Source: Methanothrix sp.
GTDB lineage: Archaea; Halobacteriota; Methanosarcinia; Methanotrichales; Methanotrichaceae
Direction: 5' to 3'
DNA: 64,000 bases
Assembly (NCBI GenBank): GCA_018052825.1
Contig: JAGPMN010000001.1
Location: 17,232 to 81,231, forward strand
Shown here: positions 38,059 to 47,303 of the stretch, in pieces
Layout of the letters: each line of letters begins with the position of its first letter
How positions within the stretch are numbered: position 1 is the stretch's first letter
Notes under the pieces: model-generated
Seen by the model: the letters and a program-made list of their open reading frames with translations, nothing else
What the model was told of the DNA's origin: nothing
Database searches by the model: none
Translations under genes and position numbers: made by a program

Positions 38059-38673
38059 TTAGCCGCTGCTTCCCGCTTCTGATAAAGCTAAAGACGGCTT
38101 TTTCTTTTCATCTTCAAACGCCGCAGCCCGTGCCGCCAGCCTGGCCAGGCGCACGGGCTCGGGGATTCTGCCGTCGCGGGTGAACCTGTTGAGCAGAATC
38201 CTGGCCTCATCAGTCGTGGCGCCAACAGGCCGCACAAAGACATCGTATCCGGTCTTCAAACGGACCCTCTGCCGCCCGCCCAAGCGCCTGTAGCCTGCAA
38301 GCTTTGCCTCCTGGCCGGGGAAGTATTCACGAATGTACCCCTCCAGCCCCTCTGACTCGTCATATGTCAGGCAGACGACCGGCCGGCCCGTCCCGGCATG
38401 GACTGCGTGGATGTCGATGATGTTAAACCAGCAGACAACAGCGCCGCTGATCAGCACTGCATTGATGTCCTGCCGGTCGAGGCCTTTGTAGATCTGCAGA
38501 ACTGCCGATGTGGCATCGTCGCCGCCCACTAGGGCTCTGGCGAAGGCCAGGCCGTCCACCCTCATGTCGGCGCGCATGACAACTCCTGCTAATATGGACT
38601 TTTGCCGGGAGCGGACGAAGCTCTCTGCAATTCCCAGGACCCGCAGGGCCGGCTTGTTCAGATGGATGGTCAT
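38059..38673 (-). CDS. DUF99/UPF0215 protein (endonuclease V-like fold)
   Basis: LRVLGIAESF...AGVVMRADMRVDG...DINAVLISGAVVCWFNIID. 204 aa. Confidence 0.75.
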   Translation of the reverse strand: MTIHLNKPALRVLGIAESFVRSRQKSILAGVVMRADMRVDGLAFARALVGGDDATSAVLQIYKGLDRQDINAVLISGAVVCWFNIIDIHAVHAGTGRPVVCLTYDESEGLEGYIREYFPGQEAKLAGYRRLGGRQRVRLKTGYDVFVRPVGATTDEARILLNRFTRDGRIPEPVRLARLAARAAAFEDEKKKPSLALSEAGSSG

Positions 38674-38694
38674 GTCATCAAACTCTTGAGATTC

Positions 38695-39009
38695 CTATTC
38701 TATTTCTATCCTGCGAGCTCTGTGCGCCTCATCCAGGGCCTCCCGCAGCTCCGGGGCTTTTTCCAGCAGCTCCTCCACTGTGAGCGGCCTGCCTGAAAGC
38801 GTGATCGCATACTCCTCCGCCCCTTCGACTATGAGCAAAGCGAAGGGCTGCAGATGGGCGATGAAGGCCCTGCCGCCCCTCATCCAGACGAGGGCTTTTA
38901 TAACCGGCCAGATGCATCGCGCCCCGGCCTCTATCCGCCTGCCGAGGAGGACTCTCTTCTGCAGCCCTGTGAGGCCCTCCCCTCCCCCCCGCTCCGCCAC
39001 TAATCCCAC
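38695..39009 (-). CDS. GerW/YtfJ-like small protein (second copy)
   Basis: 104 aa. ...IWPVIKALVWMRGGRAFIAHLQPFALLIVEG... resembles the beta-strand core of the YtfJ/GerW family. GTG starts at 39009 or 39000 overlap the upstream stop. Confidence 0.45.
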   Translation of the reverse strand: MGLVAERGGGEGLTGLQKRVLLGRRIEAGARCIWPVIKALVWMRGGRAFIAHLQPFALLIVEGAEEYAITLSGRPLTVEELLEKAPELREALDEAHRARRIEIE

Positions 39010-39557
39010 CCCATAAACTCCATTAAGAGCGCTCTCGTCTCTGCGGTCCGGAGGACCCTGAGGGCGGCGAGGAGAAGATAGACCGGCCGGACATCAAGAT
39101 CTGCGGCCAGCTCTCCCTCCAGCCTCTCGCCCTCAAAATCGGGCTCGATGGAAATGCCGCAGGAGATGGCAGGGGAGAGCAGCCCTCCCGCCCAGGCGAG
39201 CGAGCAGAGGCAGCCGCTGGCCACAGCCGTATCTGCGGGATCGTCCAGGCCGAAGCAAATTCGGCAGGAGAAATCACCCAGCCTGATCCTCCTCAGCAGA
39301 TCGAAGAGGATATCTGCGAGAGCTGGGGCAGCAGAGATAAACGAGCGGGCACTGGGGGCTTTAGAGCCCCTCTGCCCCTTCAGACCGGCCTTCGCTTCTC
39401 CCCCCGTCTCGCTCCTCTTCACAGCCACCCCCAGCCAGGCCAGCCTGTATCCTCCCTGCACGGCCGGACCATCTTTGCGGAGGTCAAAGCTCAGGCGCAC
39501 AGGCAGCAGAAGCAGCAGTCCTGCAAGCAGAAGGGCGGCGATGAGAGCTGATAGCAT
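39000..39557 (-). CDS. DUF2953 (YtfI-like) membrane protein
   Basis: N-terminal TM MLSALIAALLLAGLLLLLPV followed by RLSFDLRKDG...YRLAWLGVAV. 185 aa. The ATG immediately follows the upstream TAG. Confidence 0.5.
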   Translation of the reverse strand: MLSALIAALLLAGLLLLLPVRLSFDLRKDGPAVQGGYRLAWLGVAVKRSETGGEAKAGLKGQRGSKAPSARSFISAAPALADILFDLLRRIRLGDFSCRICFGLDDPADTAVASGCLCSLAWAGGLLSPAISCGISIEPDFEGERLEGELAADLDVRPVYLLLAALRVLRTAETRALLMEFMGWD

Positions 39558-39881
39558 CTATAATCCCGATCGGAATATCCGCTCTACCGCCTTTTCCATT
39601 GCGATATCTGCATGCTCCTCTGCAATTTCAGGAAGCAGTGGAGCAAACTGCACGCCATCCGGGCCGGCAATGCCCCTATGGATAATCACCGCACCCGCGG
39701 GGGATATCGCAGTAGCTGCCATGCCTGCTGCGCTGTCCCCTGCTGCGCAGGCGAAGAGGCTCATCCCCGCCGCGGGAATTATGATCAGGTCCTGCGTCTC
39801 GATCATCTCGCAGAATACAAATTCAGAGAGGGCCCGGAGAAGCTCATCCACTGCCGCCAATCCGGAATCGGCTTCAGACAT
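39558..39881 (-). CDS. GerW/YtfJ-family protein
   Basis: 107 aa. Gly/Ala-rich centre AAGDSAAGMAATAISPAGAVIIH is as in YtfJ/GerW (GGxGGG..I.P.A.l.i pattern). Confidence 0.5.
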   Translation of the reverse strand: MSEADSGLAAVDELLRALSEFVFCEMIETQDLIIIPAAGMSLFACAAGDSAAGMAATAISPAGAVIIHRGIAGPDGVQFAPLLPEIAEEHADIAMEKAVERIFRSGL

Positions 39882-39955
39882 TTCAAACCTCTTATAGTTT
39901 CAATAAATAAAGACCTTTCTGCAATTTTCCAGGCAATCATCCGCCTCTGGAAAAG

Positions 39956-39964
39956 GTATAATTA
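39956..39964 (+). promoter_or_regulatory. Candidate TATA box for the moxR operon
   Basis: AAAGGTATAATTAG is centred about 30 nt upstream of ATG 39990. This implies a leaderless or very short-leader mRNA. Confidence 0.3.
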
Positions 39965-39989
39965 GACCGAATCCCCTTCAGAGAGGATA

Positions 39990-40946
39990 ATGTCGGATGA
40001 TCTGAAAGCAGTCTTCAGCCGGGCACCTGAGATCTTCAAAAATCTGAGGCGCGAGATAGACAAGGTCATAGTAGGCCAGAACACGGCCAAAGAGCAGCTG
40101 ATGGTCGCCATCCTTGCGGGAGGCCATGCCCTTTTGGAGAGCAACCCGGGTCTGGCCAAGACGATGCTGGTAAAGACCACCGCATCCTGCCTGGGGCTGG
40201 ACTACAGCCGCATTCAATGCACTCCAGACCTCATGCCTGCGGACATCACCGGGACCACAATCATCGAGGAGATGGAGAGGGGAAAGAAGTTCCGGTTCGA
40301 GCCGGGGCCGGTCTTCGCCAATATCGTCCTGGCGGATGAGATCAACCGCGCATCTCCCAAGACCCAGAGCGCCCTTCTCGAGGCCATGCAGGAGAAGCAG
40401 GTGACTGTCGGAAACAAGACATACCTTCTGGACAGGCCCTTCTTCATCCTGGCCACGCAAAATCCGATAGAGATGGAGGGCACATTCCCCCTTCCCGAGG
40501 CACAGCTGGACAGGTTTCTGCTCAAGATTTTCATGGACTATCCAGGAAGGGATGAGGAGCTGATGATACTCGAGAGGTACACTGTGCGAAGCGAGCCCGC
40601 TGTGGAGAGGGTCGTGAGCAAAGAGGAGGTCATAGCACTGCAGCAGCTGTGCAGGGACATTCCCATCGCCGACGACCTCAAGCAGGCGGCGGTGGACATA
40701 GTCCTGGCCAGCCGCAAGTGGCCGGGGGTGCAATATGGAGCCAGCCCCAGGGCCAGCATAGGCCTGGTTCTGTCCAGCAAGGCCCGCGCCTTCCTGCAGG
40801 GCAGAAATCATGTCTCCAGGGAGGACCTGCATGAAATAGCCTATCCTGTGCTCAGGCACAGGCTGATCCTGGGCTTCGAGGCGGAGAGGAAGGGGCTCAC
40901 CCGCGATCAGGTGGTAACTGACATTCTCAAGAGCCTGTCTCTGTGA
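39990..40946 (+). CDS. MoxR-family AAA+ ATPase
   Basis: Walker A LLESNPGLAKT. Walker B and sensor VLADEINRASPKTQSALLEAMQE. 318 aa. Confidence 0.9.
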   Translation: MSDDLKAVFSRAPEIFKNLRREIDKVIVGQNTAKEQLMVAILAGGHALLESNPGLAKTMLVKTTASCLGLDYSRIQCTPDLMPADITGTTIIEEMERGKKFRFEPGPVFANIVLADEINRASPKTQSALLEAMQEKQVTVGNKTYLLDRPFFILATQNPIEMEGTFPLPEAQLDRFLLKIFMDYPGRDEELMILERYTVRSEPAVERVVSKEEVIALQQLCRDIPIADDLKQAAVDIVLASRKWPGVQYGASPRASIGLVLSSKARAFLQGRNHVSREDLHEIAYPVLRHRLILGFEAERKGLTRDQVVTDILKSLSL

Positions 40947-40952
40947 ACCATC

Positions 40953-41810
40953 ATGGATATCGATTTCTTCAAGGAGCTGGAGAGGTTCTCACTGCTTGTG
41001 AGAAAGAGGGTTTCGACGGCCTACAGCGGTGGCAGGAAGTCGCTGCGCTTCGGCCACGGCATCAGCCCCGTAGGCTACAGGGAGTACCGCAAGGGAGACG
41101 ACTTCAAGCTGGTGGACTGGAAGGTCTACGGCAGAACCGAGAAGCTTTACATCCGGGAGCACGAGGAGGAGAGGAGCCTCGTAGTCCATATCCTCCTGGA
41201 TGGCAGCGGCAGCATGGGATATGAGGACAAGTTCGGATATGCCTGCCGCCTGGCTGCAGGCTTTGCCTACCTCGCTGTGCTGGAGAACGAGAAGTACGCT
41301 ATATCCCTGTTCTGCAGGAAATTCTATCCGGGAGAGCCAAAGCGGGGCAGGATCAACCTGATCCGCTCAGTGGAGGAGCTGGACGGAGTGGCCCCCAGGG
41401 GTGCAACCAGCCTGAGGGCGGTGGCAGACCAGCTTGAAGCGAGTCTGAAGAGCACCAGCCTCGTGGTCCTCATATCAGACCTTCTGGCAGATACTGAAGA
41501 GGTGCTATCCAGCATCTACCGCCTCTCCGGACATGAGCTTGTGGTGATTCAGGTTCTGGCCCCAGCAGAGACGGAGCTGTCCTTCGGGGGAGACATCAAG
41601 TTCGTGGACCTGGAGAGCGGCCAGCCGCTGATCACCCGCATAACAGAGGGGGAGAGGCGGGAGTATCTGCGAAGGCTGGGCGAGCACAACGACCGCATCC
41701 GCGAGGCATGCAGCCAGGTTGGGGCCGAATACTTCCTTTTCCGGACGGACCAGCCGGTATTCGAGTCGTTCACAGAGATGCTCGGCCGCACAATCATCCA
41801 GAAGGCATGA
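40953..41810 (+). CDS. DUF58 (vWA-like) protein, MoxR partner
   Basis: YREYRKGDDFKLVDWKVYGRTEKLYIREHEEE...ILLDGSGSMGY. Confidence 0.85.
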   Translation: MDIDFFKELERFSLLVRKRVSTAYSGGRKSLRFGHGISPVGYREYRKGDDFKLVDWKVYGRTEKLYIREHEEERSLVVHILLDGSGSMGYEDKFGYACRLAAGFAYLAVLENEKYAISLFCRKFYPGEPKRGRINLIRSVEELDGVAPRGATSLRAVADQLEASLKSTSLVVLISDLLADTEEVLSSIYRLSGHELVVIQVLAPAETELSFGGDIKFVDLESGQPLITRITEGERREYLRRLGEHNDRIREACSQVGAEYFLFRTDQPVFESFTEMLGRTIIQKA

Positions 41811-43057
41811 GTATGACTGATAAAGGCAGGAAGAGAGCAGATCACAGCCGCATTGAGCTGGGCTACGGCCGCATATGCCTCAGCCTTCCAGCTGGAGAAG
41901 AGGCAGAGGTGCTGCTGGCAGAGGAGCTGGCTGCGGCGCCAGAGGGGGAGATCGATAGGTCCCTGGACAGCCCCGCAGGAAAGAGGCTGGATGATTTTGC
42001 CGGCTGCAGATCGGCCTGCATTCTGGCGAGCGACATCACCCGGCCGGCTCCGAGCCACATCATGCTACCGCCTCTGGTGAGCAGGCTGAGGGATCTCGGA
42101 ATAGACGACATTCTGGTCGTATTCGGCCTGGGCACCCACCGCAGGATGACCGAAGAGGAGGAGCGGCTTCTGCTGAAGGGCTCTTTCAGCCTGCCACACA
42201 TGCAGCACGACCCCGAAGGCTGCGTGCTTCTGGGCGAGACTGCCAGGGGAACGCCCGTGGAAATTCTGGAGGCAGTCGCCTCATCCGAGCTGATCGTGGC
42301 CACGGGAAACATCGAGTATCACTACTATGCAGGCTACTCAGGCGGAGCCAAGGCCCTCCTGCCAGGCGTCAGCTCGGCGAGGTCGGTTGTGAAAAACCAT
42401 GAGCTGATGAGGTATCCGGCCTCGGTTACCGGGAGGCTGGACAGCCCGGTGCGCCTGGACATGGAGGAGGCTGCTGGCATAGCCGGGCTTGACTTCATAC
42501 TGAATGTGGTGCTCAATAGCAGAAAGGAGATAGTTCAGTCAGTTGCCGGTGACTGCATCGCCGCCCACAGGCAGGGAGCCGCCACTGTGGACCGCATGTA
42601 CCGCCGGCCTGTGGAGCCGGCGGAGATCGTCGTCACCTGCGCCGGAGGCAGGCCCAAGGACCTCAACCTCTTCCAGGCTCAGAAGGCACTGGAGAACGCC
42701 AGGAGTGCCGCCCTGCCCGGCGGCAGCATCATACTGGTGGCAGAGTGCAGTGAGGGGCTCGGCAATCCGGTCTTCGAGCGCTGGGCGAATGATGCAGCCT
42801 CTGCAGGGGAGTGCTGGGAGAGGTTCGGCAGGGAGTACGAGTTCGGAGGTCACAAGGCCGCCTTCCTGGCCCGCGACTCAATGCAGTACCAGCTGATCCT
42901 GGTATCGGCGCTGCCGAAGGAGACGGCGGAGATGTGCTTCTTCACTCCTGCGAAAACGGTGGAGGAGGCGCTGCAGATGGCGAGGGCCAGGCAGGGGAGG
43001 GACGCCCGGCTTGTCGTCATTCCACACGGGAACCTGACGCTGGCGGTGGAGAAGTAG
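41807..43057 (+). CDS. larA: LarA-family nickel-pincer-dependent 2-hydroxyacid racemase/epimerase homologue (DUF2088)
   Basis: GLGTHRRMTEEE and GNIEYHYYAGYSGGAKALLPG (the cofactor-binding Lys region). ATG 41807 overlaps the DUF58 stop (ATGA). Confidence 0.8.
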   Translation: MSMTDKGRKRADHSRIELGYGRICLSLPAGEEAEVLLAEELAAAPEGEIDRSLDSPAGKRLDDFAGCRSACILASDITRPAPSHIMLPPLVSRLRDLGIDDILVVFGLGTHRRMTEEEERLLLKGSFSLPHMQHDPEGCVLLGETARGTPVEILEAVASSELIVATGNIEYHYYAGYSGGAKALLPGVSSARSVVKNHELMRYPASVTGRLDSPVRLDMEEAAGIAGLDFILNVVLNSRKEIVQSVAGDCIAAHRQGAATVDRMYRRPVEPAEIVVTCAGGRPKDLNLFQAQKALENARSAALPGGSIILVAECSEGLGNPVFERWANDAASAGECWERFGREYEFGGHKAAFLARDSMQYQLILVSALPKETAEMCFFTPAKTVEEALQMARARQGRDARLVVIPHGNLTLAVEK

Positions 43058-43092
43058 CCAGAGATAGAGCACAGGGGGTGGCGAACTGACTG

Positions 43093-46008
43093 CTATGCTC
43101 CTCCGGTCACTCTCTCTAAAGTCACCTTCAGATCCTCCATCTTAACCGGCTTGCTGATGTATTCATCCATGCCGGCTGCCAGGCACTGCTCCCTGTCTCC
43201 CTGCATGGTGTAGGCTGTCATGGCCACAATCCTGGGCTGCTCGCTTGATGGCAGCCGGCTTCTTATCAGACGGGTGGCCTGCAGTCCGTCCATCTCAGGC
43301 ATCTGAATGTCCATGAGGATGACGTCGTACTTCTTCACCCCTTCCACCATATTGAGCACCTGCCTGCCGTTCTCCGCCACGTCCGCCCTGTATCCCAGGT
43401 GCCTGAGCATGGCCAGGGCTACCTTCTGATTCACGGGATTGTCCTCCGCCAATAGAATGCGGTAATTCTGATGGCTGGAAGGCTCTGCGCTACTCCTCTC
43501 TGCTGCCGCCTGCTTCTCAGCCATCTCCCTCTCCCCAGCCTCAAAGACACGCAGTAGTGCTGCAGCCATCTGCTTTTTCCGCACAGGCCTGGTCAGAAAT
43601 GACGATACCCTGCCTCGCATCGGGCGGGATTTCTCCCCAAAAAAGGCAACCTGTATAACGGGCACGGACCTCATATCCTCCCTGCCGAGCCGCTCCCACA
43701 TCCTCTCCGCCTCCGGCAGGTCGGTCCCTGCCACGACGACATCAACCCTCTCCCCAGCCAGGAGAAGTGAGGCCTCCCCCCCGTTGATGGCCTTTGCCGC
43801 AGTCATGCCCAGAGCGGTCACATGCCTCGCCAGCATCTCCCTGCCAGCCGCCCGGAAAAATGCAATCAATGCCCTCTTTTTTGCCAGTGCCGAATAATTG
43901 GGCTGATCGAAGCCGCACGCCGCCGGTGGAGAGGCCGGCTTGAGGGGAATGGCGAAATGAAAACGAGAGCCTATGCCGGGACTGCTCTCCGCCCAGATGC
44001 TGCCCCCCATCAGCTCCACCAGCCTGCTGCTGATGGCAAGGCCGAGGCCCGTTCCGCTGTACTTCCTTGATAGGGAGGTGTCCACCTGGCTGAAGGGAAT
44101 GAAGAGCCGGGACATGCGATCCTCCGGAATGCCGATGCCCGTATCTATGACGTGGAAGACAAGCCTGCCCCATTCTTCTCTGCAGCGCGCATCCGGGCTA
44201 TTCTTTCCTCCCACCGCCGAGACATCGCCCTCTTTCTCACTGGAGACGCTGACCGTCACCTCTCCGTAGTCGGTGAACTTTATGGCGTTGCTCAGCAGAT
44301 TTACCAGAACCTGCCGGAGCCTTTGGGCATCTCCTGTTATCCATCCCGGAACCCCTTCATCAATGAAATAGGCCAGATCCAGGCGCTTCTCCGAGGCCCA
44401 GGGCGCTACCTGGTCCATGGACGTCTCCAGAGCCTCCCTGAGATCAAAGGGCTCGTCAGCCAGAGTCATCTTGCGGGCGTCCATCCTGGAGAAGTCCAGG
44501 ATCTCATTGATAATGGCCAGGAGGGATAGCCCGCTGCTCCGCACTGTTGCCACATAGTCCCTGGCCACCGGATCGAGGTCCTGCTCCAGGAGGAGGTCGG
44601 TCATGCCTATGACGGCGTTCAGGGGCGTTCTCATCTCGTGGCTGACGCTGGCTGTGAATTCAGCCTTGGCCTGGGAGGAGGCTTCCGCCGCCTCTTTGGC
44701 CCTGATCAGCTCCTCTTCCAGCTTCTTCTGCTCAGTAATGTCGATGCAGACGCCCAGAGCTCCATAGATCGCCCCAGATTCGTCGAGCAGGGGATGTATG
44801 GAGTACATGGCCGGAAATATTTCTCCCGAGCGCCTCAGGAGGGAGATGAATCCCGAATAGGACTGTTTGTCGTCCTTTATGCGAACGGCAGCCCTGTACA
44901 GCCGCTCATGATCCTGGGGGAGGAGGAGCATGGTTGCTGGCCTGTTCAGAACCTCATTTCGATGGTAGCCGAAGGCCTTCTCAGCCCCAGGCGAAAAATC
45001 GAGGATTAGCGGCTGCATATTATTGGCATCGGCTATGATGAATGCCACATTTGTGGCCGCCTGGAATATGGCCTTCAGATACAGATCCCTTTCCAGCAGA
45101 GCCTTCTCCGCCCTCCTCCTCTCAGCCAGCTCTCTGTTCAGATCTTCCGTCCTCTCCATCACCTCCAGATTCAATGTATCCTGCCGGCTGACTGTGGTAT
45201 AGAAGAGGATGATCAGAAGGCAGATGATCACCAGCCCGCCCATCTGAGCCATGCGCAGAGGCACCTGGACCGCTCCGGCCCATCCGGCGGCCGGCACTGC
45301 GGCCAGCTCCCAGTAGCCTTCGGAGAGCTCTACCCTGTAGAGCTCCGGATCGGCCTCGAAGACCGAACCATCCCCATAAAAGACATCTCCCTTGCCGTCT
45401 CGCAGTGCCATATTCAGGATGCTGGAGGAGAAATTCAATCCTGCTGCATCGAGGATGGCAGGGATGTCGATGGTCATGGAGACAATTCCCCAAAAGGTCT
45501 CATTTTCAAAGACGGCCTTTCTGGCCACCAGGCCGAGACCGCCCCTCTTCATTTGATGTGGCGGGGAGAGCACTATGTCACCTGAGTCGGCCGCCCTTTG
45601 CACATCCCCTCTAAAGGCAGGCTGGATATCGGTGAAGAGGCTCTGGCCTATCATTCCCGAACGGTTTTCCGGGGGATAGACATAGCGAAAAACGCCATGC
45701 GGGGCTACGGCCAGATTACAAATGCCGCTGCTGCTGGCGAAGATTTGAGACGAAAAGCCAGAAAACTCCTCATCCAGAGCAGTCCTGGGAGATGCAATCT
45801 CAGTCTGAACAAAGGCGGCGAGGCTTTCCAGCGATTTCAGACGTTCGGAAACGGCCATGGACAGAGAGTTGCCGTGCAGATGAAGGCCAGATGCTACCCG
45901 AAAATGCTCTTCAGCCATGAGCCTGTCCTCATACCACATGCCGGCCTGCCACCAGGCAAGCAGTAGTACCAGGGCAAACAGTGCCGTTTGCATTTGAATT
46001 TTTTTCAT
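43093..46008 (-). CDS. Hybrid sensor histidine kinase (extracytoplasmic sensor, PAS, HisKA, HATPase, receiver)
   Basis: H-box SHEMRTPLNAVIGMTDLL. HVIDTGIGIP...GTGLGLAISSRLVELMGG. C-terminal receiver ILLAEDNPVNQKV...VILMDIQMPEMDG. 971 aa. Confidence 0.9.
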   Translation of the reverse strand: MKKIQMQTALFALVLLLAWWQAGMWYEDRLMAEEHFRVASGLHLHGNSLSMAVSERLKSLESLAAFVQTEIASPRTALDEEFSGFSSQIFASSSGICNLAVAPHGVFRYVYPPENRSGMIGQSLFTDIQPAFRGDVQRAADSGDIVLSPPHQMKRGGLGLVARKAVFENETFWGIVSMTIDIPAILDAAGLNFSSSILNMALRDGKGDVFYGDGSVFEADPELYRVELSEGYWELAAVPAAGWAGAVQVPLRMAQMGGLVIICLLIILFYTTVSRQDTLNLEVMERTEDLNRELAERRRAEKALLERDLYLKAIFQAATNVAFIIADANNMQPLILDFSPGAEKAFGYHRNEVLNRPATMLLLPQDHERLYRAAVRIKDDKQSYSGFISLLRRSGEIFPAMYSIHPLLDESGAIYGALGVCIDITEQKKLEEELIRAKEAAEASSQAKAEFTASVSHEMRTPLNAVIGMTDLLLEQDLDPVARDYVATVRSSGLSLLAIINEILDFSRMDARKMTLADEPFDLREALETSMDQVAPWASEKRLDLAYFIDEGVPGWITGDAQRLRQVLVNLLSNAIKFTDYGEVTVSVSSEKEGDVSAVGGKNSPDARCREEWGRLVFHVIDTGIGIPEDRMSRLFIPFSQVDTSLSRKYSGTGLGLAISSRLVELMGGSIWAESSPGIGSRFHFAIPLKPASPPAACGFDQPNYSALAKKRALIAFFRAAGREMLARHVTALGMTAAKAINGGEASLLLAGERVDVVVAGTDLPEAERMWERLGREDMRSVPVIQVAFFGEKSRPMRGRVSSFLTRPVRKKQMAAALLRVFEAGEREMAEKQAAAERSSAEPSSHQNYRILLAEDNPVNQKVALAMLRHLGYRADVAENGRQVLNMVEGVKKYDVILMDIQMPEMDGLQATRLIRSRLPSSEQPRIVAMTAYTMQGDREQCLAAGMDEYISKPVKMEDLKVTLERVTGGA

Positions 46009-46118
46009 TTCATCCCTTTGCCGGGCAGAGCACTTCTCTCTTCATTATAAGAGATCTCCTGCTAAATTTCAGCCTCCCTGCGGATAAACTATTTCCCCTC
46101 AAAAGAAGTGCATTGCAG

Positions 46119-46622
46119 ATGATGTGGCCGGAAGGACAGTCGGGCGGAGGGCTGGTGGACGGGGTTGATGCCGCAGCCTTCAAGGATCCGGTGGTGATAC
46201 GAAGATTTCTGCCATCAGACCTGGAGGCGGCAATTGAGATCGACAGAGACGTATCCGGAGGATACGATCCAGCCATATTTACCGCCTTTTACGAGTACCA
46301 CCCCCAAAGCACCCTCGTCGCGGAGGCGGGCGGGATCATAGCAGGCTTCGTCCTGGGATTCAAGCATTCCCCCTTCGAGGGCAGGGTCTTCTGGCTGGCG
46401 GTACGGCCCGGCTTTCAGGGACGGGGTATAGGCATGAGGCTGATGCTGGAGGAGATCCGCAGGTTCCGGCGGATGGGGGCGGTCGGAGCCACCCTTGAGG
46501 TCCGCGTCAGCAACAAGAAGGCGCAGTCACTGTATTCCATGCTTGGCTTTCGCATGATCGGCGTGTGCCCAGCTTACTACAGCGACGGTGAGGCGGCCAT
46601 CATAATGAAGCTGAAGCTCTAG
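46119..46622 (+). CDS. GNAT N-acetyltransferase (RimI-like)
   Basis: VRPGFQGRGIGMRLMLEEI...KAQSLYSMLGF. The start is ambiguous: ATG 46119, or GTG 46191/46194 giving V(V)IRRFLPSDLE.... Confidence 0.8.
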   Translation: MMWPEGQSGGGLVDGVDAAAFKDPVVIRRFLPSDLEAAIEIDRDVSGGYDPAIFTAFYEYHPQSTLVAEAGGIIAGFVLGFKHSPFEGRVFWLAVRPGFQGRGIGMRLMLEEIRRFRRMGAVGATLEVRVSNKKAQSLYSMLGFRMIGVCPAYYSDGEAAIIMKLKL

Positions 46623-46627
46623 AACCG

Positions 46628-47293
46628 CTACTCCACCCCGCGGGCAGTCAGCCGGAACTGCGCGCTCGCTCCCTCCGGCTGGGAGCGGTGCTTGACAATC
46701 CGGGCGCTCCTGTACCCCTCTGCCCTCTTCTCCAGGAATATGATGGCCTTGCACATGTGCTCGAGGTAGGTGCCTCCCACAGGACGGAGGACGTCGTTCT
46801 CGATGTCCATGTAGACCTGGTTGGTTATGACAACGGGAATGCCGTGCCTTCTGGCTATCTCCTGAAGCTCTGAGAGCTGGGCTGAGAGTGCACGCCGCGC
46901 CGGCCGGCTGTCCTCGGCCTCAAGCAGCACCCTGTAGAGGGATGTGGCCGAGTCCAGGACGATCAATCCCACGTCCCGGCCGGCGATGCGGGAGGCGTCG
47001 CGAATGGCTACCGCCTGCTGCTCCAGGCTCATGGGCTCGAATATCATGATCTTCTCCGCCGCCTCCTTCGCCCCCGGGCCGGCGATTTGCCTGAACCTCT
47101 CCGCAGAAAAGCCCTCAGTATCAATGAAGATGACACGCAGGCCCCTTGCAACCGCCTGCACAGCCAGCTGCAGGACGATGTTGCTCTTTCCAGTGCCCGA
47201 CTCTCCGTAGAGCTGGCTTATTATGCCGGATTCAAATCCTCCGCCCAAGAGCAGATCCAGGCTCTGGCATCCCGTAGGCAATCTGTCGAGCAT
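46628..47293 (-). CDS. radB: DNA repair and recombination protein RadB
   Basis: MLDRLPTGCQSLDLLLGGGFESG...YGESGTGKSN (Walker A). ATG 47293 is preceded by GGTGGAG. The track uses TTG 47329, which overlaps the upstream gene. Confidence 0.85.
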   Translation of the reverse strand: MLDRLPTGCQSLDLLLGGGFESGIISQLYGESGTGKSNIVLQLAVQAVARGLRVIFIDTEGFSAERFRQIAGPGAKEAAEKIMIFEPMSLEQQAVAIRDASRIAGRDVGLIVLDSATSLYRVLLEAEDSRPARRALSAQLSELQEIARRHGIPVVITNQVYMDIENDVLRPVGGTYLEHMCKAIIFLEKRAEGYRSARIVKHRSQPEGASAQFRLTARGVE

Positions 47294-47303
47294 CTCCACC
47301 CCA

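Noticed and set aside
39555-39560. In-frame TAG-ATG junction between the GerW-like and DUF2953 genes as a pyrrolysine or read-through fusion
   Set aside because: No pyl genes or methylamine methyltransferases are in view, and the downstream ATG with its own TM N-terminus explains the arrangement as ordinary stop-start coupling. It is kept only as a remark in the operon finding.
39978-40859. 293-aa minus-strand ORF antisense to moxR
   Set aside because: It is a shadow ORF opposite a gene with unambiguous Walker A/B motifs, and its composition is non-protein-like.
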